Part shown: one piece after another, positions 26,195 through 38,219 of the stretch
How the letters are laid out: every line of letters starts with the position of its first letter
Position numbering within the stretch: the stretch's first letter is position 1
Assembly: GCA_016748015.1 (NCBI GenBank)
Contig: JAAOMT010000211.1
Location: 116,248 to 180,247, forward strand
Direction: 5' to 3'
Source: Geosiphon pyriformis uo1
Lineage: Eukaryota; Fungi; Glomeromycota
Length of the DNA stretch: 64,000 nucleotides
Notes under the pieces: model-generated
What the model was told of the DNA's origin: nothing
The model's database searches: none
What the model saw: the letters and a program-made list of their open reading frames with translations, nothing else
Translations under genes and position numbers: made by a program

Positions 26195-29100
26195 CCTAAA
26201 CGTACAGATGTTGCAGACATCGCGTGGTCACATGACAACGCTTGGTTGGCATCTTGTGGGCTAGATAGCTTAGTTTTCATATGGGATGGTCGAACTTTTG
26301 GTATGTACAGGGGTAACGTTAATTTCACGAATTTTAAATTTAGACCTTCCCAAGCATCTGAAAATCGTTTATTCATTCATAGAAAAAATACAAAAAATTG
26401 AGCACCATCACGGCTTTGTCAAAGGAGTTGCATGGGATCCTGTCGGAAAGTACCTTGCCACACAGGTGAGAAATTTCTTTTTGTCGCCCTCATACATGTT
26501 TATTCATTCATTCAGTAAAACATTTACAGAAAATTGATCAATAGTCAGACGACAAAACGCTTAAATTATGGAAAACAGCTGACTGGAAAATTGAAGCGCA
26601 AATCAGAGAACCTTTTCTCTCTTCGCCGACAACTACATTTTTCCGTCGATTAAGGTTCGTCTTTTTTATAACTTACCTAAAGGATCTATCTAAAAAAAAA
26701 GAATTTTTCTTTAATAGTTGGTCTCCTGACGGAACTCATCTTGCCGCTGCAAATGGTTACCAAGGGGCAGTTGCAATTGCTCCTATTTTGGTTAGGGAAG
26801 AGTGGATTCCCGATATATCTTTAGTAGGTCATTCAGCTGCAATCGGAGTAGTAGTAAGTATTTTCTTTGAGGCAATATAATTTCTAATTTCTCAAATAAA
26901 TGTGAAATATTCTAATATGGCTGCAGCAATTCAATCCAGCGCTTTTTATGATACCTGAAAATGATGATGCAGAACAGAATTCAAGTAGTATTGGCAGCAT
27001 TTGTGCCGTTGGAAGTCAAGATAATAGTATATCTGTTTGGGCGACTAAAAAAGCTAGACCATTATTCGTCTCCCAAAGACCTTTCAAACAAAGTGTCATG
27101 GATCTTGCATGGTATTTAATGAAATTTTCAATTAAATGATTCTTTCGTTCAACACTGTAAAACATTTCGTGATTGATCCTCCAGCTTTACATATAAAGGG
27201 CCCCTAATGGAAGAGATCTTTACGCATGTTCTTATGATGGCAGTGTTCTTATTCTGCGATTCTCGGATAAAGAATTTGGAGTTCGAGTCAAAACAGAAGA
27301 AAAGGTAAAAGATCTTTAACATCTTTTAATTAACACATAATCTATCAATGTATTTATAAAATCAATTTTACAGGAGAAGATATTAGCTAAATATGGTTAT
27401 AAACGAAAAGAACCTATCTGTCTGGAGAATGCATCGCAAGTTGGTCTCGAGCAGGAACGCGCAATTATGACCAAAAACCTTAAATCGAAGCGTTTAGCTG
27501 AATTAATGCAAGGGGAAGCTGCGCCCACATGGAACCAAAATGGTGCTTCCAGCTCTATGGAAATAATTGAAATAGAAGAAAATTCCCCTCCTGCCCATCA
27601 AAGTTCAGTGCTCACACATCCACCTTCTCTAGAGTCCAAATCTAGTGCTTCAGCTCATTCAACTGTTGGATCACTCTCAACTGTTGTACCAAAAACCAAT
27701 GAAAAATCACAACCTTCCATCTATACTACCAGTGATTTAAATCCTACCACAACTGGCTTAACAGTACAAAAATTTACAATCACCAAAGAGGGGAAAAGAC
27801 GAATTCAACCACAGTTCCTAAGAGGGTATTTTTTATATTCGTTACTTTGTGTTTATTTTTAAGCCGCTCTTCTAATTCTAATAAACTTTTTATTCTTGCT
27901 AGCTTGTCTTCTCCGCTTGCACCATCTCCAATTCGACCTGCATTCACATCCTCATCTCACCAACCGACGGTAGCCGAATAATTTGAGCTTTTCAATACTT
28001 TAATAACATCTTAATTTATTTCCTTATTCATGTAACAGGAATTTGCCCATTCACTTTCATCAGCAAATGGCTCCTCATTTAATAAGCAATCAACCCCTCA
28101 AGAATCCCAATCACAACCCGATTACTTATCTAACGATCATGCCATCGCTTTTCATCTTCCTTCAACCGACTTGCCACCGGGTGGAATACCAGCTCTCGTA
28201 ATCGGTAATAAGAGAAAAGAACCATCCACTTCAACTTCCGACGTCGATAAACCAAGTAAAAAGCAATCCAATCGTGGGAAACCTGGGGACGATGTAGACA
28301 TTGATGTTGAATCTAGTGGTGTGGGCTCCGCTATGGTATCGCCCATGGTAACCATGTCCCAAGTCAGATTGGCACTTCCAAAGGTGTCGAGTAATTTAAA
28401 AAAGGAATTGAAGAATTTTAAGCTTGATTGCCAGAACTTCTTGAATGCGAAAAGTAAAATCACTTTGTTATTAATAATATCTTTTCAATACCTTTTATGT
28501 TATTAATCATACTCAATTCTCTTTAAAAATACTCAGAACCTTCAAAGCTCACCTGCAGCAATAGCGATGGTCTTCTCTGGATTGATTACATACAAAGCAC
28601 AGTGATGTTGCTGACAGGTCATGAAAAATATTGTGCAGCATCATGTGAAGACGGTAGCTTACAAGTATATTCCGCCGCTGGTAAACGGTATGCTTTTTCA
28701 TTTTTTAAATGCTGATAAACTCAAAGCTTAATATCTTAAATATTACTCTACTGTTATCAATAAAAGACTATTGCCACCAATAATGTTGGAATCGCCAGTA
28801 TCATATTTGAATAATGTTGGTGATTATCTTTTATCTCTGACTCAAACCGGTTTAATAAATGTTTGGTTAGTTTCCTTTATTTTTCATTCAACTTGTGCTT
28901 GAACTTCATTCCCAGATTATTAAATTATTTGAAAAACTCATAGGGACTTGTTGCGACGAAAAGCGATAATATCATCCATCTCAATAGCCCCAATTTTACA
29001 AGCTGCAACAGTATCAACCGAAAACTTTACCAAACAAACCATCACAGCTGCATGTCTTCGGCCAAATGGGATACCGATGCTGAGAACCACCAGTGGTGAT

Positions 29101-29904
29101 GTATGGATATATCATCTTGAGATGAAAACTTGGATACGAGCCCATGATCCTCGCTATATAAATTTGCGCACAGTAACAGGTGTGCCAGATATTTCTGAAA
29201 ATCTCCCTACTGCCTTGGGGATAATGAGGGAGAGCGGAGTCGAATCAAACGTTGAAAATTTAGGAATAATGGCATACCTGAATCCTACACAGAGTAATAA
29301 TAAGGAAACTCAGTTAGAAACCTCTCAATCATTGGGATATATAGAGAATGAAATGGCTGTAGCGGAAATATTGAACTCTCGAACTGATCTTCGGCGCAAT
29401 TTAGCGTTGTATGCTCAACAACTGGCTGACCTGGGGGCTGTTGCGAAAGCCCAAGAATTATGTCAAGAACTATGGGCGTCAAATACCAGGTGAGTAGATA
29501 CATGTCCATCAAATGCAAAGCCAAATGTAATCAAAAAATATCAATCCGATAAAACCAATTTTCACCTAGCGCTGATTTCACAAATAACGGAGCATCAAAT
29601 TGCGGTTCCCCAATCGCGGTAAGTCTTGAAAACTTGTCCCCGAAATCATTTATTCTTGTGTTGAATGGCAATTAATAATTTTACATTTTATTGTTTTCAA
29701 CAGAGTATATCGAAACGCTTCCTTTTACGGGAAATTCTTCCTATTTTGGGTAAAAAATCTAATTTATCCATGGGTTCTAATACATCCTATAATTATTCCT
29801 TCATTAAACTCTGATTTGATTCCTTTAATTTAGCCTCAAATCGATCCTATCAACGAATAATCGCGGAATACGAAGCTCGATTAAGAGATCAACAACCAAA
29901 TTGA
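25232..29904 (+). CDS. HIR1: Histone chaperone HIRA/Hir1 (WD40 + B motif + Hira C-terminal domain), ~21 exons
   Basis: Spliced peptides: MRVSYPKWEHLD...[70 protein letters not shown] motif [29 protein letters not shown]. Canonical GT..AG introns; stop TGA at 29902-29904. Confidence 0.93.
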
Positions 29905-30633
29905 GTCAAATCTATCTAACGAGTAAATAATATACCGAATTGAGCTAGGCTAAATTTGCCAAACTTGAATACTGCTTTTTTCTCTTTTGGATTAAAATAC
30001 GATTTCGAACCTTCCACCCTAGAATGGGGGAGAGGAGGGGGAAGATGAGCAGTTGAATCAGTCAATCATTCGAAAAAATTTCCAAGTCAGGGATAGTTTG
30101 ACCTGAGATGAATAATATAATGTGTAAATAAACAATTTTCAACTAGACGATATTGATAAGATGAATCATGATCGGCTTCTTTTTTTTAATTCGTTTCCCC
30201 TACACCTTTTTTGGAGAAATATTGCATTTTTCGATAGAATAATAAATAATATTTTGCAGCCATATATATTATTTTATGGGAAAGGAAATTTTCTCATTAA
30301 TATTTTGCCTGCACCTTGGACCAGCCAAGGGTTTAAAAAAAGATTTTTTTTTAAGGAACGAACATGTATCTTTGATCATTGAAAAGTGTGTAACCTTGCA
30401 CCAAATGTGTTTTCGTACAGTGGCGCTGTTGCTAAGATAAGATGTAGTGTAATGAAAATGATATGATGACTCGGAGAATGAGGAGACGAAAACAATCCTG
30501 TAATCAACGGAAAGTGGCACAGACCCTTCCAACGTGCCCAGTAGTAAAAAGTCAGGTGACTTTTTACCCAATCATCTCATTCTTTCTAAAATGTTTATAA
30601 TGTTTGCAAAGCGACAATCCCTGTTATCGTTAA

Positions 30634-32332
30634 TCAAGATTTAGCGACCTGCTCTTGCCCCATTTGTGGTGAATGCACGTTCATTGGAGGCAGTTGTTGT
30701 GGATTAGGGGAATTGGCATGTGGTGTATGATTCGAGGGTGACGATATCTGTTGTGGCTGATGAGATTGTTGATGATGATGTTGCTGGGGTGATGAATGTG
30801 AATGCTGACGATTTTGATGATGATTTGATTGAGGTGATTGATTTGGGGGTGGGACTGGCATACTAGTACTTCGAGGTTTTAAAACTTTGATAAACTTTTT
30901 GGCAGGATTTTCAGCATTTTGAGCATTCTGGCGCACTTTATTTCGTAAGGCCTCCATAACATATTCATGATCCACCTCAGATTCAGCAAGTTTTGGACGT
31001 TTGTTGTTGCTATTATTGGCAGAAGTAACAGTAGTGGGACTTTGTGAGTATTGATGATGATGATGGTGAGAGGTTTGAGAATGTGAGGATTGCGGTTGAT
31101 CCGGCAGAGTAGTAGGAGTTTGGGAGAAAGAATGAGGATTATGAGTGGCTGTTGGGGAAAGGATCGGAAAGGGAGGTATGGAAAGGGTTAATGCCGGACG
31201 TTGATTTATATTATTATGATAACTATGATTCTGAGGAGCAGTTATTCCACTATGACTACCAAATGAGACACTGTCATGAGCGTTACTAGCAGATGAAGGG
31301 GGAGATAGACGTGTGGCACTTGTTGGAGTAGTTGCGGAATAATGTGGATCTGATCAAGCAAAATTGTAAAGAATTTGTTAAGTCAAAAAAAGGGAATCAG
31401 AAACGCAAGAAAAAATAAACCAACATACCCATAGGTTGTGGAATAGGTAAATATGGGCTATGAATATCTGAAGGTGATTTTCTAATGTTATGATGACGAC
31501 AGCGAAACACAAAAAAAGATAAGAGAATAGAAAAATCAAAGCGAGATTCTTTTTAATAATGGAGAAAAAAGGAGGTCATGCTAGAACCATCAAAAATATT
31601 TACACGTTATAACCTGGATTCAATGCTGATAATGAAAATTGATATTGATTGAATTAGGAAAAGAGGAAAATTGATTAATTAATAAATAAATAAATGAGTG
31701 AATGGGAAAAAACGCGACACAAGAAACTTACGTGGAACCCCAGTAAATATCGTAGGCGGTTTCTTTTGCTCTCTGAGCATTTCCAACTCTACTTGTTTAC
31801 ATTGTAGACGCAATTGTTCAGTTTTATATTTTTCTTCTTCAGCTCGTCGCTATCGATTATGAGAAATTCAAGGAGGGGTTGATTATTTGTGCAAAATTTT
31901 CAAAATGAAAAGATTATGATGACTTTTAACTCCATAAACAGAACGAATTGGTGTCAGCTCAGTCATTATTACAAAAATATCTGTTATTGAAGTAAAACTC
32001 TGTCGATATTCGGTCACAAAGCCCGCGATCTAACCTGTTAGCTGTATCCATATTGTGAGTCCAATATGCAACCACCATTTAGGGTATAGTATACTCCTAA
32101 ACAGTGAAACAGCAGAACAGAGGCCCGAACCATGGAAATATCTCGAGTCCGCACAGCTTAGCATATACCTAAATACCTTATCTTCCTCAGCCTTTGCAGC
32201 TAAAATTTGTTTCAATAAGTCGTTGTTCTCACGATACGTGTCTAAAATCTCACGAAGTGATAAATCGGTTCGTGGAAGGTGAGAAGCGGGAGAAGGGTAC
32301 GCGAAAGCAGACTGATTTCGAAGGTCAGACAT
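30634..32332 (-). CDS. Uncharacterised multi-exon protein: N-terminal coiled coil, S/P/H/Q-rich disordered middle, short C-terminal helix
   Basis: Exon 32177-32332 (LSLREILDTYRENNDLLKQILAAKAEEDK) splices to 31732-31849 (RRAEEEKYKTEQLRLQ). Small exons at ~31430-31630 are uncertain. The long last exon ~30634-31350 contains DHEYVMEALRNKVRQ. Confidence 0.75.
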
Positions 32333-33714
32333 AATGTAATAGTATATGTTTATTTAAAATGAGATGAATATAGGTTTTTTGTTGGTAATAGTTGTAATCT
32401 AGAAAACTATGCACGATAAATTCCCATCTTATTTTTTTTTTGGAAAAAAAATGAGAAAAAGTACAAGTTTTTCACTGGGGAGGGAAGGAAACTATCAATA
32501 TATTTGTTTTGCACTTGTTATTTTTTAGGCAAGTAGAAAAAGTGGTAGCAAGGTATTTTGAACAACAACAACAACAACTTTTCAACTAACTAGGGAACGG
32601 TTAAAGGAAGAGTCAGCAAATTACAAGGAGCTAGCTCAACACAACTGTTCGGTTTTCTAAGTGGCCAAGTATTATTTTCACCTTATGTTCGCGGTGATGA
32701 TGATGATGCATTTTAGCCAAATATAGCATACAAGAATCATCATATGATATGATGATACACAATGAAATAAACTTCCAATAACCGTTGCCCACTGGTAGGT
32801 AAACTACCGGGGGGATAAAAAGCTCATTTAGGAAGAAAATATCATGTATCATACTAGTTTAACCTCCATAGTAGATTGTCATTGGACGATATGTTTATGC
32901 AACATATTTTGATCATGCAACAAAAACTAATTTTGGAAATAAAATTAGACTCTTTTTTTTTGGTTGAACATCCGGGTTAGGTTCATAAAATTGTTGATCC
33001 GGGGAAAACTATGTATAGATTCTAAAAATTCTTTCGTTGAGAGTCTTTGGGTGAAGGTTTACTTTTTTTATAAAGAAGGATGGGTCCCGTCCTTTACAGC
33101 AGAGATTTTATCATCGGAAATTAGAGTTAAAGAAATAAATAAAAAATGAAAGTAATATATCCCCTTTTAACTTTTAGTGCTTAAAATTCATGTTATTATA
33201 TGCTGAATTGAGTTGATCTTTATTTTTTCATTTTTAACTTTTTTATTTTATTTTAAAGTTCGGACCGGAATTTCCAAAAATAAATAAATGAAGATGATGA
33301 TCTGAGGACACAAAATTATCCGAAAAATTAATTTCATCTACCATATGCGCTAAATCAATATTTAAAATGGCATGATCATCGTCATCATCATTGATATCGT
33401 CATTTTTAACAAGTTCAACAATGATTGATTCTATTATAAGGAAACTTTTTTGTGAATTATTTCTATTTTAAAAATAAATTTACTGTTCACTATCTTTTCG
33501 CGCCTTTTCTTATAATAATACGATTAGAAGTATAATAATGATGATGATGCTGATGATGATATTGATACTGATTATAATACGAGTGAGCTAAACTCATCTC
33601 TCTTTGAGGATCTTGTCATGTGATTGAGAATAGTGTTTAACCGAGGTCATGATAATAGAACAAATAATAATAATAATAATAATCATAATAATAGTAACAA
33701 TAAAAATAAAAATC

Positions 33715-33752
<38 letters not shown>

Positions 33753-34797
33753 ATAACAGTTAGATCAATCTTAAAATTTGATTTTTCTGATCCCGTGGCA
33801 GCACACATATACAGAAATTCTTTATTTAGCGAAAATCATACATAATACACGAGATTTTAATTAAAAATAACGGCATGATGTTGATTTAAAAAAAGAAAGT
33901 TTTTAATTATGGTTATAGAATAATAATGTTAATAATAGGAATAACATGCACAAAATTTTTGGCAGTAATCATTTAGAAAGATTGTGGTTGGACTTGTAGT
34001 TTGTACTATTTAATTTTAATTTTAAAAATTATTAGTGACCACCTTTTTTAAACATAAATTTATAGATATTCCCTTTATTACAAAATCGATCCAGACAAAG
34101 TGACCATTAAATTACAGTGGTCAAAAAAATTTTATTATTTTAAAATAAAACAAAAATTATAAAAATTGATTAATTAGTTATATTACTTTCGTTTCTAAGT
34201 ATCATAAGAGTATTGGATTTCGACTTACGGAAAAGACAAAAGAGTTAAGAGTCATCAAGAATGCTACTAGGGGGTAAAGGTAATTGGAATTACTCATTCG
34301 GAGCTACCAATAATTAATGATAGTCTTTAATTTATTTTTATCATTGAAATAGTTTAAAGCAATGTCAGAAATCATTAAGGATTCATAACCTATAACATGT
34401 CTTTTAGCATGAGAATTTTTGTTTTCAAAGACTCTGGTTCGTAATTACCCTGTGGAACTTGAAGCTTTTTGTTTTTTCTGACAAATCTCTGATTTTAAAA
34501 TTACGTGTAACTATCAGTAATCAGTGTTTTTTCTTATCATTTACTTTTTATTGATTCTTTATAGATTCATGAGGTTACGCTATGTGCTATATTCATTTAA
34601 TTCATATAATTGCTCTTTGGTCTTTGATAAAAAATTTGTATATGTGAAAATCGAATATATTAAAGTGATTAAATTCGTTGAATGCGATAATATAAAAAGT
34701 TACATGATTCGAAAATATATATTGCTAAGCAAGAGAATTATTAGTCTTTAGATATCATTTAAAAAATGAGGTGAAATTTGTTTGAGAATATCGTTCT

Positions 34798-34865
34798 GAA
34801 AACAAAAACAAAAACAAAAACAAAAACAAAAACAAAAAACAAAAAACAAAAACAAAAAACAAAAA
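34798..34865. repeat. (AAAAAC)n simple repeat
   Basis: About 11 imperfect CAAAAA units. Confidence 0.9.
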
Positions 34866-35804
34866 CTACAAACCTTTTTATTTTTGAAATTAATGTTTAC
34901 CCCAATGATTATTCTGCTGTGGATTAGATTTTTCGAAAAAAATTTCTTGCGAGTTTTGTTTAACATGAAATTTTTATGACTTGCAAACAGAAGAAATTAC
35001 AACAAAAATTATTGAAGAAAAATTTAAAATTCATCTTGTACAATTACAAAATATGCCCAAAGTATTTATCTTTTAATAATTTTAAAAAAGTATTTCGAAA
35101 ATATATATTATAATTTCTTAATTATGACAAGAAATAGGTAAAGTTCTTGCGCGCAGAATCTTGTTAAATTACTGCGGGATGTAATGGGATTAAGTAATAC
35201 AATTTTATGTATGGAGTAAAGTTTTTGTCGTGAGAACCTGTCACTATTGTATCCTATAATCTTTTTGCAGATACGGTATTCATGATGTGAGTTGAAATAA
35301 TTAGCCGATGCTAATTTATTCCCAGTTCATACAAACCAAAATTATATTTAGTTAAGAATCCTTTCTAGAATAATTAAATCTTGGAAAAAATATGACGATC
35401 CTCTAACCAATGGTGTAATCGTTTCAACTAACTGAACAAGATTTTGCCGATTGCTATTTATATCCTAAAGTATTTGTTAGTTTTTCAAGAAGAGTTTTTG
35501 TAATATCTAACTTGTATTGATAATGTTAAATACAGGTAATCTTTTTGTAATTCATGCTTCCCTATCACAGAAGTTAAGATTCCATTTCGTGTTGAATCCG
35601 TAAAGGAACTAGAAGAATTATTCATGCTTTATTAATTTTGCAGGTAATGTTCTGATCTTTAAACTTAATATTAGTTTTTGACTTTATTATTTTTTTTATA
35701 TTTAGAAAGATATTTCAAAAAAGTGAGTGCAAATGATTCTCCTTTGCATGAGATTACAGTTGGTCCTTCTGTAGAGCCATAGGTTCTTTTCTAGTACTAA
35801 AAGT

Positions 35805-36472
35805 ATGAAAAGAATAAGTAAAAAGGGTAAACATGTGAATAATAATAATAATAATAATAATAATTTATATTCATCGAATTCTCTTGATTAATTTTTTTTC
35901 TATCAAATTAGTTCGGATAAATATCGGATGATTTTTGGTCTAGTCGGTTCATTGATGAATTGTGCGGATAATTCTGGCGCCAAGAATTTATACATAATCT
36001 CTGTTAAAGGAATACATAATCGCTTGAATCGATTACCTGCAGCTGGCATGGATGATATGGTAATGGCCACTGTCAAGAAAGGGAAACCTAAATCAGAACC
36101 AAGCAATCTCTTTTTTAGTTGTTTTATTTCATTTTGCGAAAGAAGGGTACATCTGAAAAATATTTAATGCATCGATTCCGCTTGTTTTCATTTTGAAAGT
36201 TTTTCTTTGGGGAACAGTTATGCCTACAGTTGTAATTTGTTAAAAAAAATTTTGGCGTAGAAGAGATGGTGTTTTCCTTTATTTTGAAGGGTTTACCGAT
36301 TCCTTGATTTTCCTTCGATTTTTTTGGCATTGAGTTTTTTATTGATTCTTATAGAAATCACACTATTTTAAATATTATAGTTAATTCGAAAGGAGAAATG
36401 AAAGGTTCTGGTATAACTGGCCTTGCTGGAAAAGAATGTCCTGATCTTTGGCCTCTTTCTTCTTGTGCGTAA
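35805..36472 (+). pseudogene. RPL23: 60S ribosomal protein L23 (uL14) unprocessed pseudogene
   Basis: [19 protein letters not shown]...RLNRLPAAG...MATVKKGKP; exon MPTVVIC*KKFWRRRDGVFLYFE with in-frame TAA at 36241-36243; last exon [15 protein letters not shown]...KECPDLWP with truncated C-terminus. Introns are retained, and the donor after exon 2 looks damaged. Confidence 0.85.
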
Positions 36473-37754
36473 TACATTTAAAATTTGGATTAGTTCAACA
36501 TTAATATCTCTGATTCCGTGATTGTCTATTTCTCTTTGTTAATGGTTTTAATTTTGTTACTTCTATTCTTAACTTTGTTCCAGATTTTCACTGGATCAGT
36601 TATGTCTAGATTTTGGTCCCACGCGTAGTTGACAAAGCTTTTGTAAGTCCAGCTGTGAACAGTGTATTTATCGAAGTAAGAAGCGAAGGCTTAACCGAAA
36701 GTCCAAAAGTTAGTAGGGTCTTTTAGCCGACAAAACGCGTCCAGTCTCTGCTTACCGTCCATTATAGTGAGAGTCGGCAAAAGAGAGTCGCTTTGGGTGC
36801 AAAAAATTGTAATTGCTCTTAAAAAATATCTATTTATCGCAGATTTCACCTGATACAATCATGGGTTTTACAGGTTTTTACCCTATCGCAGGTTTTACAT
36901 GACCCTCGCAGGTTTTACATTACGTGACTGATTAGATGTGATTTATAATAAAAAAAATCGAAAAAAGGAATAATAGACAAACTCGTGATTAATATCCACC
37001 CCTCTTGCACAATAGATCCAGGTCTACAATAAAGGCGGTCTTTTATGCGGTAGCATTGGAAAACTGTTATTTAAAAAGCTAATTTAAACTACTTGAGATA
37101 AATTTTTAAAATAAATTTAATGAAAACTTTTTCTTTAAAATTAGTAGTTAATCAACTTTACTAATTTTTGAATTGGTAATATAATTTTTTTATTAAAATT
37201 AAATTTTGTTTCATTTCAAGTATTGTTAAATATAATTATTAATATTATTTTGTTAAAATTCTAGCTTAATAAGCTTTTTAATATATTAAATTTTTAATTA
37301 TTGTAAATATTTTTATAAATATTGAATAATTTATAAAGTTTTAAAGTTATGTAAATTTGTAAAAATATTATTATTGTTTTTTAATAATTTTTAAATAAAA
37401 TTTATTATTTTAAGCTTAATATTTTTTTATATTTTTATAATTAAAAAGAAAAACAACATTTTTTTTTTCTTGATTTTAATATTTAAAAAAAAATTTAAAA
37501 ATAAAACAATAAAACAACATTTTTTGTAAATAATAAAAATATAAAACAGCTTTTAATTATTAAAAATTTACTATTTTTAACTTTAAGTAAAAGCTTTTTC
37601 TTATACAAAGTTTTTTTAAGTAATTAATTAAAACTAATTTTAATATTAACAAAATATTAATAATTAAACCATTCTTTTTTAAATCAGTTTTTTTAATAAT
37701 ATTAATATAATTAAAAAGACAAAATACAAAATTGTTTTTTTTTACAATCAAGTT

Positions 37755-38219
37755 TTTTTGTTATTGCTATTATTAATTAAAATTTTAAGCTTAAATTAAC
37801 ATAAAATTATCTTTATAATTTCAATTATTTATTAATATATACTATTACTTTTATATTTATTATTTAGCCAAATTATTAAATATTATTAATAATAATCTAA
37901 TTTATATAATATATAAAAATAAATAATAATAATAATTAAATTGTAAACTATATAACATTAAAAATTTGTAAAAAATTATTAAAAAATTTATTAATTTACA
38001 AAAATAATTTATATAATTAGCTTTTAAAAAATTTTTAAAATATTAATAAAAAAAAAATATTAAAACTTAAAATAATATTATAAAAAATAAAAAAAACAAT
38101 TTAATTAGTATTTTAAAATATTTTACAATAAAATAACACCAATTATAATACAAATTAACAAAATAAATTTTTATTTAAAAATTAATATTTTAAATTAAAC
38201 TATTAATTTAATTTAATTT
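37755..38219 (+). repeat. Highly decayed copy of the LTR-like unit, interrupted by LINE copy B and apparently resuming at ~45115-45450
   Basis: TTATTTAGCCAAATTATTAAATATT...AAACTATATAACATTAAAAATTTG matches 5380-5500. Sequence after 45115 resembles the leader at 5930-6150. Confidence 0.55.

Noticed and set aside
25232-29904. Possible U12-type introns in HIR1
   Set aside because: None of the donors I traced has the RTATCCTT consensus.
35130-35800. Cluster of splice-like signals and a U11-like TGTCGTGAG word upstream of RPL23
   Set aside because: I could not assemble a coherent frame, and the U11 5' end and Sm site are not evident.
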